From the NCBI GenBank assembly GCA_045652705.1, contig JAZRUV010000008.1, positions 24,620-88,619 on the forward strand: a stretch of DNA of 64,000 nucleotides, given 5' to 3'. The notes below the pieces were generated by a model. It was not told the origin of the DNA and searched no databases. It saw only the letters and a program-made list of their open reading frames with translations. The stretch comes from Clostridia bacterium (lineage in GTDB: Bacteria > Bacillota > Clostridia > TANB77 > CAG-465). Below, one piece after another: positions 10,792 to 20,139 of this stretch (positions are counted from its first letter, which is position 1; each line of letters begins with the position of its first letter). Made by a program: the position numbers and the translations under genes.

Positions 10792-10820
10792 GCTTAGGCG
10801 GAGGCATGCTCCGCCTAAGC
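10792..10820 (-). repeat. GC-rich intercistronic hairpin
   Basis: gcttaggcggag-gcatg-ctccgcctaagc, perfect 12-bp stem without U tract on the coding strand. Confidence 0.7.
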
Positions 10821-10831
10821 GGTAATGTTAA

Positions 10832-11539
10832 TTAGATATTAAAGAAACTATCTGCTACAACTTTTTTAGCTTCAGGTGAAGCTTCAGCAGATGCATCAGT
10901 CGCAGCCTTAGAGAAGAACTTAGACTTAAGAGAAAAAGCGCTTCGAGACTGCTCAACACAGCTTTGAGAGAGTTCTGTTCCGAGACACGAAACTAGCTCT
11001 TTTGCAGAGGTGATATCTCTAATACAAGAGAATCCCAAAAGTTCACCATCTTTTGCCGCAATAGCCTCACCAAATGCAACAAATACGGTAGTTGCATCAA
11101 GACTGTTAAGTTTAGCAACCATATCCTTGGCAGCGTCGATTTCACTTTTGAAGTTGCAATTATCAAGGCCGTCGGAGAACACCAAAAATGTGATTCTGGG
11201 TCTGATGTTAAGACGACTTTCGATTTCTTGGAAGTATGCAATAGTTTCTTCGCCCACTTCAACAACTGCTCTGTATAACCTAGTTCCACCATCAGCATAA
11301 TAGTTTGTAGAAAAATCCTTAACCGGTCCAAAACTTGTCATTTTGACATGTTCGGCAAACATAGCTTTTGCGATTGCTACGGAACCCTTTTCTTCAAAAC
11401 GAGAAAAGTCTTCATAGAAAGCTTTGTTTGCCTCAACAATTGCTTTAACGTAGTCTTTCATAGAGCCAGAACAGTCATAAATCATAACGAAGATATTGAC
11501 AACGTCAGAAGAAAACGAATAAAGGTGATTATCCATCAT
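10832..11539 (-). CDS. von Willebrand factor A (TerY-like) protein
   Basis: MIDAS motifs DCSGSM, DGGTRLY, FSDGLDN. Confidence 0.88.
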   Translation of the reverse strand: MMDNHLYSFSSDVVNIFVMIYDCSGSMKDYVKAIVEANKAFYEDFSRFEEKGSVAIAKAMFAEHVKMTSFGPVKDFSTNYYADGGTRLYRAVVEVGEETIAYFQEIESRLNIRPRITFLVFSDGLDNCNFKSEIDAAKDMVAKLNSLDATTVFVAFGEAIAAKDGELLGFSCIRDITSAKELVSCLGTELSQSCVEQSRSAFSLKSKFFSKAATDASAEASPEAKKVVADSFFNI

Positions 11540-11557
11540 AGCACTTATTCCTCCAGT

Positions 11558-13042
11558 TTAAATAGTAATGTGATTTGCAAACATAGTTTCAAGGTTGGAA
11601 AAACCATTGAAATACGAATGGTGAAGATAGATTGCGTCGTCGATAACTACAAAGTCTAAATACAGGTTCATGAATTCTGTCGTAACAACTGCGTTATCCA
11701 CTTGCCCTGCTCTAAAAAGCAAAACATACTTTTTCTTCTGACCGCCCTTATAGTTTAAAAGCTTAGTTTTGTACTTCGTAATATATTCTTCAGAATACTC
11801 GGGATATTTATTATCCAAGCTTGTAAAATTATCCGAAATACAGGAAAACACAGTGCTTCTTGCCACCTTTACAACGCTATCGTAAAGGTCAAAAATTTTG
11901 CATAGGAAGTAAAATTCTTCCCACGTGATATTAATGGTAAACCCACTAATAAGGGTTTGCAAAATATTAGCAATGTTGTTATGGATAAGCTTTAACACAG
12001 CTATGGCCATTTCGTTTACATTAGTGGTACTAATAGTTTTGGGTGTACCAAAAATGTTAGGCAGAAAAACAACAAAGTCCTGACCGACAGTTTTTGCTGC
12101 TTCTTCAAGAGTGTTTTCTAACTTCAAGAGACCGTCAAAATAGGCAGAATCCAAATTTGATTGCAAAAATTCTCTAGTACTTGTTTTTAATTTATCACAA
12201 GATTGGAGTAGAAAGTCGTAACATTCATAATTTTGCAATTTAGACATTACGAAATTCTCCACCTGTTCTAAATCTTGTACTAAGAATTTAAACAGCAACT
12301 TGTCGTAATCTGCTTCTACGAAGAAGGAGCTAAGTTTTGAAGTGCCGTTCTTGTAATCACTTAAATTGCTACAAAAGTTGTATCTTAAGGCTGTTTTAAA
12401 GAGCATGTAGTCACAGTAAATGACATAGTTTAAAATCTCTTCGCGACGTCTAGAATCTTTTGTAAAGAATGTTAAAGGCTGTACTTCGGCAATTAGCTCT
12501 CTTGCTTTTTCAGATGCATTCAAAAATTGTTTGTGTACCTTTTGCCGATCTATATGACAATTCACAATTGTATTGTAGAATTCATTAAGACGGGAACATA
12601 GGGTAACAAATTTTTTCTTGTGCATCTCAAAGTATACAACAAAATCCACGAAGTGATTAATTTTACCTTCTAGAGAAAGTACAGTAATATAATAGTTATC
12701 CCGTTCGGGGTCGATTGCGAAAGTAATATTACCTTCTAGTCCCTTAAGATAGCTTTCTAACTGCTCTTCATATTCTCTTCTTTGAGTAGTAATGAGTTGC
12801 AAAAACTGCTTATACTCATTAGGAAAAGTCGTTGCGAAAGATTTAATGTATTCTTCAAGATAATTTAGTTTTTCAAGAACAACATTCTCTACTTGAAATT
12901 TCGCGATACCTTCACCAAGCTTTTGAATTTCTTCCACAATTTTCTCTGGGTCGTCTAAGGAGTCGTCTTTTACTATTTGTATAGGCTGAACGACGGGCCT
13001 TTCGGAACCAAAGAGATTCTTTATCCAACTTATAAAAGCCAT
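11558..13042 (-). CDS. hypothetical helical protein, 494 aa, in vWA/PP2C/kinase cluster
   Basis: intact ORF in tight array between vWA and degenerate-vWA candidate genes. Confidence 0.75.
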   Translation of the reverse strand: MAFISWIKNLFGSERPVVQPIQIVKDDSLDDPEKIVEEIQKLGEGIAKFQVENVVLEKLNYLEEYIKSFATTFPNEYKQFLQLITTQRREYEEQLESYLKGLEGNITFAIDPERDNYYITVLSLEGKINHFVDFVVYFEMHKKKFVTLCSRLNEFYNTIVNCHIDRQKVHKQFLNASEKARELIAEVQPLTFFTKDSRRREEILNYVIYCDYMLFKTALRYNFCSNLSDYKNGTSKLSSFFVEADYDKLLFKFLVQDLEQVENFVMSKLQNYECYDFLLQSCDKLKTSTREFLQSNLDSAYFDGLLKLENTLEEAAKTVGQDFVVFLPNIFGTPKTISTTNVNEMAIAVLKLIHNNIANILQTLISGFTINITWEEFYFLCKIFDLYDSVVKVARSTVFSCISDNFTSLDNKYPEYSEEYITKYKTKLLNYKGGQKKKYVLLFRAGQVDNAVVTTEFMNLYLDFVVIDDAIYLHHSYFNGFSNLETMFANHITI

Positions 13043-13053
13043 ACTAAGCCTCC

Positions 13054-14085
13054 TTACTCATAAAAGTCTGAAATAATATGCCCTATGACGGGGAAGCCCA
13101 AAGCAGATACTCTTATAGCATCAGAATCTTTTATACAAAAATATTTAAAAGCTTTAAGCTTAGACATATTTTGCAGTTTTGAAATGCAAGAAGAGATTAT
13201 CTTGATTGAATCTTCGCTTTGGGTACACGCGCCTGTACCAATACAAACAACCGAGCAATTTCCGAGTTTATACTTTACTTTGCCAAAGGAAAAAGTATCT
13301 GCCGCGAAAACGTTTAAGTTGTTTACAAGATAAAAAAGAGCGCTTGCAAGATTTGGTGCTTCGTTTTCCTCGGAAGCTGTAAGAAGAGAGGAAATAATAT
13401 TTTTCTCTTTTACAGATGTATAATCCATGGGGATAAACGGTGTTTGCCCATTTCCAACTTTAACGAATAGGAAAATAGCGTCTTTTTTATTTTCCACTGC
13501 CTGTGAAATTATATTAGTGATATTTTCTTTTTGTTTCAGAGTTTCAGTGGAGTTTTCGACAAGAAAGGCAAAAACGTCTTTTTGTTGAAATTTAGGCACA
13601 GCAGGTTTCCAATAGTAAGGCTTTGTGCCAAAAGTGGGGGCAGAAGGTCTACCCTTATAACCAAATCCGTCATCATATCTAGCCCCATTTGGTAAACTTC
13701 CTTTAACAGGGGTAAGAGGTGGGACATCCGGTCCATTCGGAACTTTAGGTCTCGGCGGTATATTGGGTTTGCCACTTACCGGATGATTGGCCTTAGAAAC
13801 ATCCTCGTCGTTATCTTGGGTCCAAGAAGAATAAGCTATATCTTCAGCGTCTACAGGAGGTTCACTAAAGCTTTTAGGAACATTATCCTGTGATGCAGGA
13901 GGTGGCGTATTTTCTTTTGCATCAGGAATAACAAGAGGTGGCATACCCCCGTTTACAGATTTCAACATATCATCAGCTGTCTTGCCCGATGCTTTCAGCT
14001 TTGAATAGTAATCGTAGTCTGAATCAGACGGACGAATATCATAAGGTGATGGCTTTTTACCAAACAACATATCAAAAAATGACAT
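13054..14085 (-). CDS. proline-rich linker protein with C-terminal alpha/beta domain (possible degenerate vWA)
   Basis: intact ORF; C-terminal VFAFLVENSTETLKQKENITNII resembles a vWA strand 1/helix 1 without DxSxS. Confidence 0.7.
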   Translation of the reverse strand: MSFFDMLFGKKPSPYDIRPSDSDYDYYSKLKASGKTADDMLKSVNGGMPPLVIPDAKENTPPPASQDNVPKSFSEPPVDAEDIAYSSWTQDNDEDVSKANHPVSGKPNIPPRPKVPNGPDVPPLTPVKGSLPNGARYDDGFGYKGRPSAPTFGTKPYYWKPAVPKFQQKDVFAFLVENSTETLKQKENITNIISQAVENKKDAIFLFVKVGNGQTPFIPMDYTSVKEKNIISSLLTASEENEAPNLASALFYLVNNLNVFAADTFSFGKVKYKLGNCSVVCIGTGACTQSEDSIKIISSCISKLQNMSKLKAFKYFCIKDSDAIRVSALGFPVIGHIISDFYE

Positions 14086-14096
14086 ATATAATCTCC

Positions 14097-14762
14097 TTAA
14101 AATAGAATTGTGACATCATCATAGAACACGGACCTGTTAGAATTAATAACACCTTCCGGCTTATAGTTTGTTTTTGTACCTAGGAAAAATGCATCAAAAG
14201 GTTGATTAAGCTGCTTATCCACAATTGGTGCGAGACCATCGGAAGCAATGCCAACCTTTATGAAATCTTGTTTGCTAAATTCGAAAGTTTTAAACTTGAG
14301 CGGCCTAGGGTAATTATCTGTTTCAAGTTTATTGTATGAATAGTAGGGGGGAGCTTTTCCATAAAAAAGCCTAATATAACTTAACAAATTATGTTTGTTA
14401 ACTGTTATAATATAGCCATCCCCAATAAATTTTACAACAAACTTATCTTCTAACTCGAAGCATGCGATAATAGTGAAAAGCATGTTGTTTATTATAAATG
14501 TATCAAAATCCTTTCCGGATTTAGTGCCTGCAAAATTACATACTTTAGCAAATGCTTTCTCAACGTTTTGCTCGAATTTGTCAATGTCTAGTCTTGTGTC
14601 AAGTCTCGAAAAAGCTTGTGCAAAAAGCCGAGTACCTACTTCAGAGAACAGACCGTCGCTACAGCCATCTGTAATAATCTTGAGATTGCCTTCTTCAAAA
14701 AAGAAGTCCTGATTATTTAGGCCATCTAAATAATGGCCGTTCCCTTGTCTACATATTTGCAT
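14097..14762 (-). CDS. PP2C-like Ser/Thr phosphatase
   Basis: NQDFFF, IITDGCSDG, VKFIGDGYII, IASDGLAPI, FYDDVTILF. Confidence 0.82.
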   Translation of the reverse strand: MQICRQGNGHYLDGLNNQDFFFEEGNLKIITDGCSDGLFSEVGTRLFAQAFSRLDTRLDIDKFEQNVEKAFAKVCNFAGTKSGKDFDTFIINNMLFTIIACFELEDKFVVKFIGDGYIITVNKHNLLSYIRLFYGKAPPYYSYNKLETDNYPRPLKFKTFEFSKQDFIKVGIASDGLAPIVDKQLNQPFDAFFLGTKTNYKPEGVINSNRSVFYDDVTILF

Positions 14763-14817
14763 GTTGACTCCTCCTATAAATTAAATATAATTTTATACTA
14801 ATATAGAGATCGCACAA

Positions 14818-14846
14818 ATTATATCACAGAAACGGTCGAAAAACAA
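14818..14846 (-). promoter_or_regulatory. candidate promoter of PP2C/vWA/kinase array
   Basis: minus strand TTGTTT-17-TATAAT preceded by TGTGA. Confidence 0.45.
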
Positions 14847-14881
14847 TAGTTATGTTGTCTAAAATACCAAAAAGAGCAAGA

Positions 14882-14914
14882 AAAAAGAGCAAAGCATATT
14901 GCTTTGCTCTTTTT
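14882..14914. terminator. bidirectional-looking intrinsic terminator separating telA-like gene from PP2C gene
   Basis: aaaaagagcaaagc-atatt-gctttgctcttttt. Confidence 0.85.
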
Positions 14915-14918
14915 GGGA

Positions 14919-16133
14919 CTAGAATGTCATATCTGTGCTCGAAGAAGTCTTAGTCTGAAGGGCCTCGGGCTTGGCCTCGGGAAGGGCACCTACGATAGGT
15001 GCAAGTTCCTGGATCAAAGACTGAAGTTTGCTAAATTCTTCCGAAATATGGCCGGACTGTTTGTCGTCAAACTCATCCATAGCGTTACAACACTGGACTA
15101 CAGTTTTTGCAGCTGCAAGGCCAATTTCGATAGAATAAACGCTGTTAAGCAACAACTTTTCAGCTTCTTGCTCTGTGGGCAGGAGGCCAGCGCTTACCTT
15201 TGTAATGAGTTCGTCGTTGAGAGAAGTAATGGAACGTTGACCTTCCAAAATCTCACGGTTTTGCGCAGTCAAAACAGAAGCCATAATTTGTTGGGCGGCT
15301 GTAGTCATACTGTTTGTCGCTTGGAAGTTGATAGCCAGTTGAAGCTTTTTGTTAGTTTCACGCTGGATTCTCAACTGTCCGAGGTGCAAAAGATATGATT
15401 CGCGCGACTTTTCCAAGTTGAGAAGGGACAGTTGGAAGGCAGAAAAACCTTCTTTGGAAGCTTCGTAAAGCTCGCTGTTGTCCATCAACCCACCTTGTTC
15501 GTATGCTTCTCTTTTTTGCTCCAGCTCGCCTTCGATTCGCTTTTCTGCAATTCGACCAGCAACCAGATACCTTTCGATAAGAGAACCGTTGGTAACAACA
15601 TCCCTAATTGCATCAGAGATAATGTTATAATTGTCCTGCAAAATCTCTTCCCAGTTTTTACAATTTTCTTTAAGCTTCAAAAGAATCTTGTAGCAACTGA
15701 GAGCAATTACTTTGGCGTCATCGTTACGCTTATCTTTGAGAGACGTAAAGATGTTCATCAAAAAGCGCTGGAACGGGTTTGGTTCTTGGATTGCGACACT
15801 GAGTTCGTTTTGCTTTTTGCTTGCCTGCTCGGAGAGCTTAGCGATTTCATCTGCTACGGTCCGGTCTACAGTGGTACCCTCAATTGTCTTCATAAATTCC
15901 ATAGCGAAATCGAAAGAACGCTCCAACGGGATACTACCAAAGGATTTAATTTTGTCTAACTGAAGGGGATCTACCTGGTCAGCCACACGCATAATTTCTG
16001 CTTGGGTAGCAGCATCATAACGTTGGATGTCTTCAGCACAAATAGGTGCGATTGCGTTTTTCTGAGCAGGCTCAGGGGTAGCTACCATACTGGTTCCTTG
16101 CTGGATAACGGGTGTTACATTTGTATTGTCCAT
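14919..16133 (-). CDS. TelA/KlaA-like toxic anion resistance protein
   Basis: architecture and motifs: MRVADQVDPLQLDKIKSFG, NPFQRFLMNIF, helical repeats, QATNSMTTAAQQIMASVLTAQN. Confidence 0.78.
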   Translation of the reverse strand: MDNTNVTPVIQQGTSMVATPEPAQKNAIAPICAEDIQRYDAATQAEIMRVADQVDPLQLDKIKSFGSIPLERSFDFAMEFMKTIEGTTVDRTVADEIAKLSEQASKKQNELSVAIQEPNPFQRFLMNIFTSLKDKRNDDAKVIALSCYKILLKLKENCKNWEEILQDNYNIISDAIRDVVTNGSLIERYLVAGRIAEKRIEGELEQKREAYEQGGLMDNSELYEASKEGFSAFQLSLLNLEKSRESYLLHLGQLRIQRETNKKLQLAINFQATNSMTTAAQQIMASVLTAQNREILEGQRSITSLNDELITKVSAGLLPTEQEAEKLLLNSVYSIEIGLAAAKTVVQCCNAMDEFDDKQSGHISEEFSKLQSLIQELAPIVGALPEAKPEALQTKTSSSTDMTF

Positions 16134-16183
16134 TGTTCATCCTCCATAATAATAAAATGAGAGTTAAAATTTTCGCTGGACAT

Positions 16184-16212
16184 ATTATATCACGAAAAAA
16201 GATTATTGTCAA
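16184..16212 (-). promoter_or_regulatory. sigma-A promoter of telA-like gene
   Basis: minus strand TTGACA (16207-16212), 17-nt spacer, TATAAT (16184-16189). Confidence 0.8.
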
Positions 16213-16298
16213 CCAAAAACGAAAGAAATACTTAGTGATACGTTTGAAATCAAATAGACATAAAAACAAAAAGAAAAATCCGGCTTAACCGGATTTAA

Positions 16299-16553
16299 TT
16301 ATTTTGCTAATAATTTTGCAAGATGAGCTTTTTTTCTGTCAGCAGTGTTTCTTTTTAAAACACCTTTAGACCAAGCTTTATCTACTTCAGAAACTGCTTT
16401 TTTGTGAAGATCTTCTAGATTTTTTTCACCGTTAGCTACTGCAGCTTCGAAAGCTTTAACAGCATCTCTGTATGCTTTTCTAACTTTTTTATTTTCAAGA
16501 CGATTAGCTTCGTTAACTAATACTCTTTTTTTAGCTGATTTAATATTTGGCAT
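16299..16553 (-). CDS. rpsT: 30S ribosomal protein S20
   Basis: MPNIKSAKKRVLVNEANRLENKKVRKAYRDAVKAFE. Confidence 0.96.
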   Translation of the reverse strand: MPNIKSAKKRVLVNEANRLENKKVRKAYRDAVKAFEAAVANGEKNLEDLHKKAVSEVDKAWSKGVLKRNTADRKKAHLAKLLAK

Positions 16554-16698
16554 GTTTTTCCCTCCCTTTTGAGTACATATAATTTTTTACAAAGCATATT
16601 TTAACATAATATTTTAAGAAAATCAAGAAAAAGATAAAATATTTTGAACTACTTGAAAAAATAGTTGAAAATATACGGAAGAAATAATTAAATTTTTG

Positions 16699-16727
16699 TT
16701 GACAAACTATCGGTACGGTGGTATAAA
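16699..16727 (+). promoter_or_regulatory. sigma-A promoter upstream of tmk-thyX
   Basis: TTGACA-17-TATAAA. Confidence 0.6.
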
Positions 16728-17006
16728 TATGACAAATTTAGATTAAGGTAGCAAAACAGTTTTGGCTAAAGAATAATAAATATAATAAGTAAGTAAGAAA
16801 GTTGGAATTGAAAAAGGTTAGAATCAATTGAAAGGAGCATATTATGGAAAGGGAATATGCTAAATCAAATGGTGATAAAAAAGATTTAGACCGAATAGAG
16901 AACAGGTAAGATTAAGAAATGTAAGAAGAGACGAGAAGGTTAGTTCTCAAAGAGAAGAAAAAGCAAAAACAATAAAAAACAAAGAAAATAATGGAGGGAA
17001 TAAATT

Positions 17007-17708
17007 ATGTCTTTGAATGGTAAAATTATTGTTATTGAAGGAACAGATGGTAGCGGTAAACAAACCCAAGCACAAATTTTGAGAAAAAGACTTGAGCAGG
17101 AAGGGTATACTGTTTACTCTGCATCTTTTCCTAATTATCCTAGCGATTCTTCTGCAGCGGTGAGGATGTATCTTAATGGGCAGATAAAAAAGGAACCTAA
17201 AGATGTAAGTGCTAAAGCAGCATCAACTTTTTATGCTGTAGATAGATATATTACATATAAGAGAGAAATCGAACCGATTTATAAGCAAGGTGAAAGTGTT
17301 ATTGTATTTGACCGTTGGGTTGAGTCTAACATTATTCGCCAGGGTGCAAAGTTTATTGCAAATAAAACATGTGAACCCGAAAGAAGTGATAGACTAGAGG
17401 ATTTTATTTATTGGCTTAAAAATTTGGAGTATGGAGATTTCGAAGTTCCCAAACCTTACATGACAATCTATTTGAATGTTCCTATAGATTATACAATGGC
17501 TCTTAGAAAGAACAGAGCAAATAAAATTACTGGCGGTGAAAAACAAGATATACATGAAGCAAGCGAAAAACATCTTATTGATGCGAGTATGACAGGACTG
17601 CTTGCGGCAGATATTTTGAATTGGGAGGTTATTGAATGTGTTAAAGATGGTCAAATGAGAACTATCGACGATATCGCAAAAGAAGTTTGGCAAAGAGTAA
17701 ACAAGTAA
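17007..17708 (+). CDS. tmk: thymidylate kinase
   Basis: IIVIEGTDGSGKQTQAQILRKRLE, FPNYPS, DRWVESN. Confidence 0.9.
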   Translation: MSLNGKIIVIEGTDGSGKQTQAQILRKRLEQEGYTVYSASFPNYPSDSSAAVRMYLNGQIKKEPKDVSAKAASTFYAVDRYITYKREIEPIYKQGESVIVFDRWVESNIIRQGAKFIANKTCEPERSDRLEDFIYWLKNLEYGDFEVPKPYMTIYLNVPIDYTMALRKNRANKITGGEKQDIHEASEKHLIDASMTGLLAADILNWEVIECVKDGQMRTIDDIAKEVWQRVNK

Positions 17709-17761
17709 TAAGTAATAAGTAATAAGTAAATAATCTAAAATAACAATAGGAGGATTTTGTT

Positions 17762-18970
17762 ATGGAAATTAGACTTGTTAGCACAAACCCTGGAATCGAT
17801 TTGTACATTGCTCGGGATACTACGCCGAGTAAAGAAGAAAAAATCAAAGAAATTGTTCGTGAACTTTCTATGTTTGCTGGCAAGGTCGGAGGAGAATGTT
17901 ATTCTTCTGACAGTTTAGAACACATTATGAATGAAAGTGAGAAGGAAACCCGGGGAAGAATGAACTTCTGCCTTAATAAGAAACATCACAGTATTTTTGA
18001 ACACCCTAAGCTTACTTTTGAGTTTGTAGGAGTTCCCAAGTTTATTTTCATGATGCTGAACAATCAGTATGTATATACTACTTCGGAAAGAAGTGCGAGA
18101 TATACTAATTTCAGCGAACTTATTGAAACTCGAGAAGAGTCTCAACTTTATGCTAAATGGACGGATAAAATTAGTCGTGCAATCAAGGAGTTCTACGGAG
18201 ATAAGTTCACAGACAAGGAAGTTCAGAAGCTGGCTCAAGAAAATGCTCGTTATATGATTTCTGTATTCGTTCCCAGTTCTATGGTGCACACCATCTCTCT
18301 TAAGGATTTGAACTATACACTATATTTGCTTGAAGAATTTTTGAAGAGCGACTGGGAAAGAAAAACAGCAGTAACTGAACTCTTTATGAGTATTTTGCGT
18401 CCGAAGTTGGAAGAGTTTCTAAAGGAAATGGCGCCTTACAGACTTCCGGGTCTTGAACCTAAGTTTGTAAGAGAGATTGCGATTTTCAAAACACCGCTTA
18501 GCCGAGAAAATCAGGCTGATGCAACGTATCGCTTGAACTATGATATGTCTTTTGCAGCATTTGCACAGGCTCAGCGTCATCGTAGCATTAGATATTCTAT
18601 TGAGCTTAAGAGGCCTACTCCATATATTCCGCCTATTATCAGCGCAGCTGGGCTTGAGACAGAGTGGGTAGCAGATATGATTAGTATTTGCGATAGATTC
18701 CCTCAAGGTCTTATGGTAAATGTTACTGAGACTGGTGAAATTGAGGATTTTGTAGGCAAGTGCTATGAGAGATGTTGTGGCAGAGCGCAACTGGAAATTC
18801 AGGAGAATACGTGTAATTCTTTGGCTTATCTTAGAACTTCTGAAAATGCTGAGGTTGTCAAATATTTAAAAGAGACAACCGGTGATTCTTTTGCAAGATG
18901 TGGTTTTCCTGGCTATCACTGTGTGGAAGTTTGTAAATTTGGCAAGAACCAGCGTGAAAGAAAAATTTAA
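17762..18970 (+). CDS. thyX: FAD-dependent thymidylate synthase, long two-module form
   Basis: C-terminal QRHRSIRYSIELK (ThyX motif region) plus N-terminal module KKHHSIFEHPKLTFEF..NNQYVYTTSERSARYT. Confidence 0.8.
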   Translation: MEIRLVSTNPGIDLYIARDTTPSKEEKIKEIVRELSMFAGKVGGECYSSDSLEHIMNESEKETRGRMNFCLNKKHHSIFEHPKLTFEFVGVPKFIFMMLNNQYVYTTSERSARYTNFSELIETREESQLYAKWTDKISRAIKEFYGDKFTDKEVQKLAQENARYMISVFVPSSMVHTISLKDLNYTLYLLEEFLKSDWERKTAVTELFMSILRPKLEEFLKEMAPYRLPGLEPKFVREIAIFKTPLSRENQADATYRLNYDMSFAAFAQAQRHRSIRYSIELKRPTPYIPPIISAAGLETEWVADMISICDRFPQGLMVNVTETGEIEDFVGKCYERCCGRAQLEIQENTCNSLAYLRTSENAEVVKYLKETTGDSFARCGFPGYHCVEVCKFGKNQRERKI

Positions 18971-18977
18971 TATAAAA

Positions 18978-19009
18978 TTAGAGGGTGCCTTATTAGGCAT
19001 CCTCTAATT
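18978..19009 (+). terminator. intrinsic terminator
   Basis: attagagggtgcct-tatt-aggcatcctctaat. Confidence 0.75.
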
Positions 19010-19031
19010 TGTCAGTTCTGAAAAGAAAAAA

Positions 19032-19060
19032 TTGCAAATGTTTAATATAGATGATATAAT
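19032..19060 (+). promoter_or_regulatory. promoter of HipA-like gene
   Basis: TTGCAA-17-TATAAT. Confidence 0.6.
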
Positions 19061-19077
19061 GTGAAAGAGGTGAAATT

Positions 19078-20139
19078 ATGATTAATTTGACTTTTGATCA
19101 AATAACTAAACATAAGGATGAAGATGGATTTGTGCATTTAGATGAACTCTTTGTAAATTCGGATTCTGAACGTGAAGTAAGAGGAAATATAAATAGAGAT
19201 AAAAGATGGTTTAAGATAGATGATGGAACTGCTATGTTTAAATCTAATACTGAGCAAGCGTTATACGCACACTATTCAGAGTTAATATGTACAGAACTTG
19301 CAAAACAAGCAGGACTGGATGCTGCGGAATATGATATAGCAAAATGTAATGGTCAAACGGGAATAATAACCAAAAATGCTTGTAAACCCGGCGAAGAAAT
19401 GTTAACTATAAATGAATTAATAGGAGACGGGCCAACATACGAAGATTACCCAGATAATACAGATATATATTTTGTTTTCGATTCATTAGAAGAGAAGCTA
19501 CTAGCTGATGGATATAATGAGGAAATGATAGATAGTTGTATATTGCAGCTAAGGAAACAACTTCTTTTTGATTTATATATAATGGAAACAGATAGACATA
19601 CTGAAAATATATCTTTTATTATAGGAAGAGATGCCGAAACGGGAAGACCACATATACGATTGGCTCCTATGTATGATACGGAATCGGCACTGTTGCTTTA
19701 CGACGATGCTGAACACATGAAGAAAGTGTGGACAAGCAGGGCGGTAACACATAGTATAACTAATTTACAGGAACCTAAAATATGTGTAATACCTGAAGGT
19801 GATAGTGACCCGGAACAAAGCGGAATGGATAGAGGCTTGTTTGAGTTTCTTCAAGCTCAAGTTGGCACAGCATACGATACTCCTAGTGAAGAAATATGGA
19901 AATCTACATTAGACTTTTTAGTTGAAGATGAGAGAACGTATGAATTTTCTGAGAATGTTTTAAATGGGTTAGATATATCTAAGGCTATTGAAAATGTAGA
20001 AAGAAATAAAAAGTGTACAATACCTGAAGAAGTAAAGCAAATGGCAAGAGCTTGTTTTGGCGTAAGACAAACAGAAATTGCGTTTGAATTAGGTTTGGAT
20101 TTAAAAGAACAAAACATAGCAGAAAAAGAGTTGACATAA
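19078..20139 (+). CDS. HipA/CtkA-like kinase-fold protein
   Basis: LYIMETDRHTENISFII and RLAPMYDTESALL resemble HipA catalytic and metal-binding motifs. Confidence 0.65.
   Translation: MINLTFDQITKHKDEDGFVHLDELFVNSDSEREVRGNINRDKRWFKIDDGTAMFKSNTEQALYAHYSELICTELAKQAGLDAAEYDIAKCNGQTGIITKNACKPGEEMLTINELIGDGPTYEDYPDNTDIYFVFDSLEEKLLADGYNEEMIDSCILQLRKQLLFDLYIMETDRHTENISFIIGRDAETGRPHIRLAPMYDTESALLLYDDAEHMKKVWTSRAVTHSITNLQEPKICVIPEGDSDPEQSGMDRGLFEFLQAQVGTAYDTPSEEIWKSTLDFLVEDERTYEFSENVLNGLDISKAIENVERNKKCTIPEEVKQMARACFGVRQTEIAFELGLDLKEQNIAEKELT

Noticed and set aside
11010-15963. Plus-strand ORFs 11010-11300, 11348-11659, 14904-15398, 15432-15959 antisense to vWA and TelA genes
   Set aside because: Cys/Phe/Leu-rich translations typical of antisense reading of real genes; opposite frames have clear domain motifs.
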